Source: Candidatus Levyibacteriota bacterium (GTDB taxonomy: Bacteria > Patescibacteriota > Microgenomatia > Levybacterales > UBA12049). Taken from it: DNA of 64,000 bases. Each line of letters opens with the position of its first letter. Position 1 is the first letter of the stretch. Below, in pieces: positions 27,996 through 34,656 of this stretch. The notes under the pieces were generated by a model, which worked only from the letters and a program-made list of their open reading frames with translations, was not told where the DNA came from and ran no database searches. The DNA is taken from contig JAYRIM010000029.1 of the NCBI GenBank assembly GCA_041906785.1, positions 1,149-65,148 on the forward strand, given 5' to 3'. The position numbers and the translations under genes are program-made.

Positions 27996-29549
27996 ATGAC
28001 TACCCGAAAATTTCTTAAAGTATTCTGTTTGCTTTTCTTAATCGCATTACAATTGACAAACCCTTCGGGTTCATACGCTCAGTCTTCAAGCAAGTTAGAA
28101 TCATGTTTCCAATATTATAATTACGGAAAAGTTAAAGCTGAATTAGTTACTGAACGGAATGACTATAATTCAGGAGAGTCAGCACGCATTCTAGGAACAG
28201 TTACAAACGAAAATAGTTTTCCTCTTCGAGATGTTGTGCTGTACGCACAATTAAAACGAATTAATAATGAGCTCTCATTTAATGAAAACGGACATTATCT
28301 TATTGATCGCTTTACTGTAAAACAAGAACTCAATTTCCTTCCCCATGAAGTTAAAAATATAGACGTTTCTTTTCCAATAAACGCCTCATATCCAAATGGC
28401 GAATACGAAGTTCATTATTTTATTTATTCTCCTTTAGGTTTCCATTATGGAGGAAGACCATTTCTTGAGGAGGATGTCGCTGGAATATCTTCCTTCACTA
28501 TAACAAACGGAAAAAATCCTGATGTATTCTTTGATGTAGGAAATGTACAGGTTAATAGCGTATCACAAAAACTTCGCGGCGCAACGCAAGAATTTACTCA
28601 AGATTCTCTTTCCTTCTCCATCCCCGTGATTGATACTCGCCCGTATAAATCTGCGGTCCAAGTGTCTGTCCGCTGGTATCAATTTGAAGACACGTTTGAA
28701 CAAAATATTCTTAAAACAGAAGAAGCAGTTTACCAGCCGCCTGATCAGACAATCCAACTTACATTTTCTCCTCCAGTTCCTGGTGCATATGTACTAGTTC
28801 TTGAGATAGATGAACCTGTCCGGTCCATGTTTAAATATCGTTTTGCGAAAATAGGGGCTGGCTCATCAATATTACGAATGAATGACTTAGGTATTACAGC
28901 ATATCCCCCGACTACTGATGATCGAGCATTTGTCTGTTTCCATGCACCGTCATCTGTGTCTACTATAGAAACTACTGTCAAACTTGCTATCTTAGATGAT
29001 AAAAAAAATCCAGTTTCATCTATTGAAGAATCCCAATCATTTCCACCAAATGTTTTAGCGCTCAGCCTACCATTATCGAAATTAAAAAATAAAAACGATT
29101 TTTGGATTCAAACCACATTTATACCGAAAGATACGAATATCAAACAGCAAAAAGCTGAAATACATTATACTTGCGATATATTTTCCGATAGTGTCACAGC
29201 TCTAAAATTACAATATAATGCAACAGAAAAAAAGCAGTTGACTGTTCAGTCAATAGATCTTTGTGGTAAATCCTCAACTGGCTATGTGGAAGAAATAAAA
29301 ATTTTTAAAGATAATAAAACTGTTCTAGAAAAATATAATGTTACAGATGGTATAGTTACTGTAGCATCTTTAAAACCTGGAACATATAAAGCATCTGCCA
29401 AGAATGGTAAGCTAGCCGCATCACTAACATTTACCATAGCTGAAGGGAATAGTTTTGTTATGCTTATTGTTACTCTTGGCTTAGCATTTATGTTTTTCGT
29501 AGGAGTTGCATTTATATATCGTTTGCGAAAAAGTAAACCAATAGTATGA
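27996..29549 (+). CDS. Hypothetical cell-surface protein (signal peptide plus C-terminal TM anchor)
   Basis: 517 aa. N-terminal signal peptide (FCLLFLIALQLTNPSGSYAQ) and C-terminal TM anchor (VMLIVTLGLAFMFFVGVAFIYRLRKSK). Confidence 0.55.
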   Translation: MTTRKFLKVFCLLFLIALQLTNPSGSYAQSSSKLESCFQYYNYGKVKAELVTERNDYNSGESARILGTVTNENSFPLRDVVLYAQLKRINNELSFNENGHYLIDRFTVKQELNFLPHEVKNIDVSFPINASYPNGEYEVHYFIYSPLGFHYGGRPFLEEDVAGISSFTITNGKNPDVFFDVGNVQVNSVSQKLRGATQEFTQDSLSFSIPVIDTRPYKSAVQVSVRWYQFEDTFEQNILKTEEAVYQPPDQTIQLTFSPPVPGAYVLVLEIDEPVRSMFKYRFAKIGAGSSILRMNDLGITAYPPTTDDRAFVCFHAPSSVSTIETTVKLAILDDKKNPVSSIEESQSFPPNVLALSLPLSKLKNKNDFWIQTTFIPKDTNIKQQKAEIHYTCDIFSDSVTALKLQYNATEKKQLTVQSIDLCGKSSTGYVEEIKIFKDNKTVLEKYNVTDGIVTVASLKPGTYKASAKNGKLAASLTFTIAEGNSFVMLIVTLGLAFMFFVGVAFIYRLRKSKPIV

Positions 29550-30865
29550 AAAAAATATTTTTTGTTGTTTTTTTATTATGTGTCGGAATATTTTCTTTAC
29601 AAGCAGTATCTCAGGTCGATGCAGATTATACTAGTATGCGAATTCCCCCGATTGGAGATAATCCAGATAACTATCGTACTGACTGTTATGGCCTAACAAC
29701 ATCGGAAAATCTCTCAGTACAAGTAAAGAAAAATCAGGTGGATCTCGCATCAACATCATCAAATGCATGTACCTTTACAATGGACGTGCGAGCTCGTGGT
29801 GAATGGGAATCAGTAGGAGCCCATGAAGATTCTCCGCCTTTTGGTTGGCGTGGACAGCCAGTATGGAATCCTATTACTTTCCGATCAGATTATGGAGTAG
29901 TCGCTGGAGGATTTAGTGGATTTAGTGTTACCTGCACTGACCCAGGCTATTCACTTCCTAATGCATTACCTAGCTATGTGGAACTAGTTAAAGAGGAAGA
30001 CCTTTTTGCTACTGACCCTGCTGTAGCATCTGGAAAACGGTATTATTTCCGCCTAAAGTCAGACGCGCCACAAACAGGTACATTTAATATTCTTGCTCAA
30101 GCATCGTACTCATGCCAACTTGACGCAGATATTGGTTCGATCTGGGGCAGAGTTATAATGCAAACGATTCAACCTGGCAGAAACTATTATTCCTATTGTG
30201 CAGGTGCTGAAGTCATAGATAAGAGCTCTCATCAAACATCTTTTAATTATCGCATAAGCCTTGAAAACGGCTGTCTCGCCTCTCCTCCGCCACCTAGCCC
30301 AACAGTCACTCCCCAACCTCCTGCCTCTTCATCATGTGAACCGATTACACTCAGTGGAGAGTTAAAAACCGGAGGGACAATCACACTAACAGCAACAAAG
30401 CGCGGGTCAGAATCACCCGGCGCAGGAACCTTTCATGTCACTAAGGACGCAAATGAACTAACTACTTCCCCATTAATTGGACCGACTGTCACAACAGCTC
30501 TCGACCCTTCAACGAATCAAAATGTAAATGTTTACACAACAAGATGGCCATATACACTTACAAACTCTGGAACATATACGATTTCGCTTGAATATTCTCC
30601 TGCTGTCCAGCAAATAGAAAACACTAACCATCCGTTTACGTTTTCTTCATTTTTCAAATTTATGACAAACAGTTGGAAATCATTAGGAAAAAAAGAAACA
30701 AATTTACAAAAAACGACAATAGCAAAAAAAGAACCTAAGCCGAATGTTCTGAGCGCGACATCACAACGCTCTATACAGCTCTATCAATTCCAACTTACTC
30801 CTACGCCAGCCTCAGCGATAATAAGTAGAACATGTGCTGAAATTAAGTTCACAGTTGCCCAGTAA
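29546..30865 (+). CDS. Hypothetical secreted protein
   Basis: 439 aa with an N-terminal signal peptide (IFFVVFLLCVGIFSLQAVSQ). The start codon overlaps the preceding stop (ATGA), suggesting translational coupling. Confidence 0.55.
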   Translation: MKKIFFVVFLLCVGIFSLQAVSQVDADYTSMRIPPIGDNPDNYRTDCYGLTTSENLSVQVKKNQVDLASTSSNACTFTMDVRARGEWESVGAHEDSPPFGWRGQPVWNPITFRSDYGVVAGGFSGFSVTCTDPGYSLPNALPSYVELVKEEDLFATDPAVASGKRYYFRLKSDAPQTGTFNILAQASYSCQLDADIGSIWGRVIMQTIQPGRNYYSYCAGAEVIDKSSHQTSFNYRISLENGCLASPPPPSPTVTPQPPASSSCEPITLSGELKTGGTITLTATKRGSESPGAGTFHVTKDANELTTSPLIGPTVTTALDPSTNQNVNVYTTRWPYTLTNSGTYTISLEYSPAVQQIENTNHPFTFSSFFKFMTNSWKSLGKKETNLQKTTIAKKEPKPNVLSATSQRSIQLYQFQLTPTPASAIISRTCAEIKFTVAQ

Positions 30866-30877
30866 TTCTGCGAAACG

Positions 30878-30906
30878 TTGACAATACCCCTACCTCATGG
30901 TATTAT
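30878..30906 (+). promoter_or_regulatory. Sigma70-like promoter of rplJ-rplL
   Basis: TTGACA (30878-30883), a 17-nt spacer, then TATTAT (30901-30906). Confidence 0.55.
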
Positions 30907-31055
30907 GTACGAACCTAAGACAGTAGGCAAAACAATAAGACCTACCGAGGAGCGGACTGAGCAAAGCAAAGGAGCTCGCCTGCGCACGAAGTGCAGACAG
31001 GCGCGGAATTTCTTTACAATTATTAATCCGCATCACTCACGGACATCTTAGGTAG
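30907..31055 (+). promoter_or_regulatory. rplJ 5' leader, a candidate L10(L12)4 autoregulatory leader
   Basis: ~150-nt GC-enriched untranslated leader with potential stems (gcctgcgcacgaagtgcagacaggc). In many bacteria the L10 leader is an autogenous control element. Confidence 0.35.
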
Positions 31056-31613
31056 ATGTCCTTTTTTATGGATACAGCAACTAAAATTTCAGCAAACAAA
31101 AATAAAAAAGCTGCAATCATCAGCGAAGTAACCGCAAAGGTTAAAAAAGCAAAAGGATTCGTATTTACGAATTATCAAGGGCTAACCCATCATCAGCTTG
31201 AAGATCTTAAGCGAGGAATGAAAAAACTCGACGCTGAATATGTTGCTACTAAAAATACGTTACTCAAACGAGCCCTCCAAGAAGGAACTGATAGCTCACA
31301 ACTCATAACTGATAACTTTGATGGTCCTACAGCAACAGTATTTATGTATAAGGATGCAGTCGAACCGATTAAAGAATTGACGAAGTCAATAAAAGCATTA
31401 CAACTCCCGGTCATCAAATTCGGCATTATTGAAGGTAAAAGAGTTGATGCAGCCCAAATTGAAAGATTGGCTACCCTCCCGCCGCTGAATGTTCTCCGTG
31501 CACAACTTGTTGGTAACTTACAATCACCTATTGCAGGATTTCATAGAGCATTGCATTGGAATTTACAGAAACTTGTTTTAACATTGAGTGCAATTCAACA
31601 AAAGAAACAATAA
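31056..31613 (+). CDS. rplJ: 50S ribosomal protein L10
   Basis: 185 aa. KGFVFTNYQGLTHHQLEDLKRGMKK is L10-like, and the gene sits immediately upstream of rplL. Confidence 0.9.
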   Translation: MSFFMDTATKISANKNKKAAIISEVTAKVKKAKGFVFTNYQGLTHHQLEDLKRGMKKLDAEYVATKNTLLKRALQEGTDSSQLITDNFDGPTATVFMYKDAVEPIKELTKSIKALQLPVIKFGIIEGKRVDAAQIERLATLPPLNVLRAQLVGNLQSPIAGFHRALHWNLQKLVLTLSAIQQKKQ

Positions 31614-31616
31614 TTT

Positions 31617-31672
31617 GTCATTCTGAGCTTTAGCGAAGAATCTTAAAGATCCTTCGTTTCACTCAGGATGAC
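31617..31672. repeat. Palindromic intergenic element, family A, copy 3, between rplJ and rplL
   Basis: gtcattctgagctttagcgaagaatcttaaagatccttcgtttcactcaggatgac. Confidence 0.7.
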
Positions 31673-31700
31673 ATTACAAAAGAAAGGCGGTGAATGAAAC

Positions 31701-32099
31701 ATGGCAAAAATGACAAAAGAAGAATTAATGAGCGCGATTGAAGAGATGTCAGTTTTAGAACTTGCTGATCTCGTCAAAGCACTTGAAGAAAAATTTGGAG
31801 TTTCCGCAGCAGCTACTATGGTGGCAGCAGCGCCAGCAGCCGCTGGAGCAGCACCAGCAGCAGATGCAGCACCAGCTGAAGAGCAAACAATTTTTAACGT
31901 TGTTCTCGCAAATTCAGGTGCTAACAAAATTGCAGTTATTAAAGCTCTTCGCGAACTCGTTCCAACACTTGGATTGAAAGAAGCGAAAGATTTAGTAGAC
32001 ACAGCACCAAAAGAAGTTATGACGCAAGTCAATAAAAAAACTGCTGATGAAGCAAAAACGAAATTAACAGCAGCGGGTGCAACTGTAGAATTGAAATAA
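31701..32099 (+). CDS. rplL: 50S ribosomal protein L7/L12
   Basis: 132 aa. The N-terminal dimerisation helix, an Ala-rich hinge ([18 protein letters not shown]) and the C-terminal KEAKDLVD...GATVELK are all present. Confidence 0.95.
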   Translation: MAKMTKEELMSAIEEMSVLELADLVKALEEKFGVSAAATMVAAAPAAAGAAPAADAAPAEEQTIFNVVLANSGANKIAVIKALRELVPTLGLKEAKDLVDTAPKEVMTQVNKKTADEAKTKLTAAGATVELK

Positions 32100-32100
32100 C

Positions 32101-32177
32101 AAAAAACGCTAAACTAATAATCCCGATCTATATCGGGGTGCCCAACACTTAACACTAGTTTAGCGTTTTTTTGTGGT
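32101..32177 (+). terminator. Rho-independent terminator after rplL
   Basis: Long stem AAAAACGCTAAACTA ... TAGTTTAGCGTTTTTTT enclosing an inner hairpin (cccgatctatatcggg). Confidence 0.7.
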
Positions 32178-32902
32178 TACCGAGTAAATGAAATAGTTTT
32201 TAGAAGCGATATAATACTTTTTTCAGAAATATTTTTCTTGTTAGTTAACGCTATTCCTTTACCTTGAATAACTGCTATATAACATGACCACGGTGTCTCT
32301 TGACTCACCCATTCATATCCACACATTGCAGGCTCTGTGAGAAAAACTTTATATGTAAAGTTTCCATTTCCTAAATCGATCCGTTTATATTCTTCTATAG
32401 ATTCATCATGAAATGTATTATTAAATGCTAAGTATAGTTTCTTAAATTTATCTTCTTCTGTTCTTCCCTCTTTTATGGTAGTTAAAGCTGCAACTGTCTC
32501 AATCGTCATATAATCAGCACCATATTTTTGTAGATGAATGCTGCCACTATCCACATCAACCAGTGTAAGCTCTGAAGGGTAATCGAATCGAAACCCTCTT
32601 TTTTTATTTTTCAATGTCTCATTAAATGTTTTAGTGACAGTCGGATTTTTTAAATATGTTTCTGTGACCTCTGAAAGTTTTGGCGACCAACCATTACCTA
32701 CGCACCATCCTCCTGTAGAATTTGCTTCTAATTGACAGCGATATCCTTGAGGACAAACAGACCCCATAAATCCACTGCAGGAAATCTTCGTATATACTGT
32801 GTATTGTGATTTATTATAAAAATAAAATGCTACAAATAGGAGAACTAAAAGAATAAGTAGTGGTATAAAGATTTTTTTGTATTTTTTCAACTGATCTTTC
32901 AT
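32177..32902 (-). CDS. Hypothetical membrane-anchored Cys-rich protein
   Basis: 241 aa. N-terminal TM helix (IFIPLLILLVLLFVAFYFY) and an extracytoplasmic Cys cluster. Confidence 0.5.
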   Translation of the reverse strand: MKDQLKKYKKIFIPLLILLVLLFVAFYFYNKSQYTVYTKISCSGFMGSVCPQGYRCQLEANSTGGWCVGNGWSPKLSEVTETYLKNPTVTKTFNETLKNKKRGFRFDYPSELTLVDVDSGSIHLQKYGADYMTIETVAALTTIKEGRTEEDKFKKLYLAFNNTFHDESIEEYKRIDLGNGNFTYKVFLTEPAMCGYEWVSQETPWSCYIAVIQGKGIALTNKKNISEKSIISLLKTISFTR

Positions 32903-33024
32903 AGTTTTAGCTTATACTCCCATAACAGCAATTGCAACTTGTAACGTGTAACTAATAAATTATAGGCCATTGACAAGTTTGTTATAGTTTGTTACCTTAA
33001 AAATAGCTTTTATCTATTTATAGC

Positions 33025-33252
33025 ATGACTGATCCCACCCTAAATAATAAAAAACAACTTTCTATTGAAAAACTACCTGATCTTCTTACAGTACGTGAAG
33101 TTGCAGAAATTCTTCGAGTTTCACCTTTAACAATAAAACGTTGGGGTAAACGCGGAAAACTTCCAGCGATTCGTATTAATTCCCGGGGCGACAGACGCTA
33201 TAAAAAAGAAGCAGTGTTATGGTTACTTGGTATTCAACAAAAGACGGAGTAA
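33025..33252 (+). CDS. Excisionase/MerR-like helix-turn-helix DNA-binding protein
   Basis: 75 aa. LLTVREVAEILRVSPLTIKRWGKRGKLPAIRI matches the excisionase-family HTH pattern. Confidence 0.6.
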   Translation: MTDPTLNNKKQLSIEKLPDLLTVREVAEILRVSPLTIKRWGKRGKLPAIRINSRGDRRYKKEAVLWLLGIQQKTE

Positions 33253-33337
33253 CCTCTTTATTATGCAACGCCTTAGTGGATTAGCTTAACTCATCGGTAT
33301 TTGACAGAATCTGCATAGACTCTCCAATTTAATATTT

Positions 33338-34348
33338 TTGAATACCATTGAAACATATATTTTTTTTATATATAGTAAACATATGAATGATGGACCAATG
33401 ATGGAAGTTACTACACCTGTTATTAAAACAGGCCTTGATCGTGCTTTATCAACCCCGGAAATGAGAGACGTCATGCAAACAGAAGCTGCACCAAAAAATC
33501 TTCGTAAGCTAGGTGAAAAAATGAGAGTAGCATCCTTAAGTTTTCTTTATGAACAACAACATGAAAATCGGATTGGTGTAAACCAGCTATCTATGCAAGA
33601 AGCTATTAGATCTCTCCATATTTTATCAACTCCTGGATGGAAACTTTTTGATGAAGATCCGGATGAAGAATTTAAAGCTGGCGAATATCGTACAGACCTT
33701 CTTCAATTTGGTGACAAGATTCCTCCCCACCCAAATGATGTTCCGAGTCTCATGGCACATTTTGGTAGTAGATTAAGTGAACTTTTGGAAGATTGTCCAC
33801 CTGATGATGCCGATTTACTCGCTACATGGGCAGACTCTGTTTTTGTAGCAATTCATCCTTTTCGAGACGGAAATGGCAGAACAGGCAGATCACTTGTAGA
33901 ATATATTCGGTATAGTATAGCTCGTAAACACGGAACTGAGTATAAACCTCTCCATTTATCGCGTACTGAAGAAGCTGCTGGAGAAATGGTAACTGACCAA
34001 TTAGGCCAAGTGCAGTATGAACTCGGCCTATTTAATGGTACGACCGATAAAAGTGGTAATATTCTTCGTACAGCGCAAGACGCATATGATAGTAACCCGA
34101 CCACATATTTTGTAGATGTCGCGGATCGAATTCGTGAAGGAATTGTAACTACTGAAAGTGTTCAGGATTTAAGAAAATATCCAAAATTAGCAAAACTTGC
34201 AGAAGGAATACAAACAATAGGAAACTGGAAAAATTATGAAACTAACTCTATGGCAGCAGATGCAGGAGCAGAAGCGTATAGTAAAGAATTAGAATTCAAG
34301 TTGCCAAAGGTAAGAGCAGAATTAAAAGATCTAGCCAGAGCAGCGTAA
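33338..34348 (+). CDS. Fic/Fido-domain protein (putative AMPylase)
   Basis: 336 aa with the canonical Fic motif HPFRDGNGRTGR. The true start may be the Met at about 33383. Confidence 0.8.
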   Translation: MNTIETYIFFIYSKHMNDGPMMEVTTPVIKTGLDRALSTPEMRDVMQTEAAPKNLRKLGEKMRVASLSFLYEQQHENRIGVNQLSMQEAIRSLHILSTPGWKLFDEDPDEEFKAGEYRTDLLQFGDKIPPHPNDVPSLMAHFGSRLSELLEDCPPDDADLLATWADSVFVAIHPFRDGNGRTGRSLVEYIRYSIARKHGTEYKPLHLSRTEEAAGEMVTDQLGQVQYELGLFNGTTDKSGNILRTAQDAYDSNPTTYFVDVADRIREGIVTTESVQDLRKYPKLAKLAEGIQTIGNWKNYETNSMAADAGAEAYSKELEFKLPKVRAELKDLARAA

Positions 34349-34355
34349 TACGATT

Positions 34356-34601
34356 TTACTTCGTCCCTTCTTTTCCTTCTTCTGAAGTTTCGAAATCAAA
34401 CGGACCGCCATGTTCGGTAGGAAAAATACTTGGTATACTTCCTGGTTCTTCTTCATCGGGGACCCCATCAGTAACCCCAGCCGTACCAATTTCTTCTTTC
34501 GGCTCAGCCTCTTTTATATCAGTTCTTTTCGGTCTTGGTGTAAGGTTTATATCTTCTGGTTCCCCCCAATGACCTCCTTCATGTTCACGGCCTCCACCCA
34601 T
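34356..34601 (-). CDS. Small acidic hypothetical protein
   Basis: 81 aa, Glu/Gly/Pro-rich. Coding status is uncertain. Confidence 0.25.
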   Translation of the reverse strand: MGGGREHEGGHWGEPEDINLTPRPKRTDIKEAEPKEEIGTAGVTDGVPDEEEPGSIPSIFPTEHGGPFDFETSEEGKEGTK

Positions 34602-34656
34602 AAGCCTTTTTAACAGTATAGATCAGGATTTATGAAAAATATGTAAGAAGATGAGA

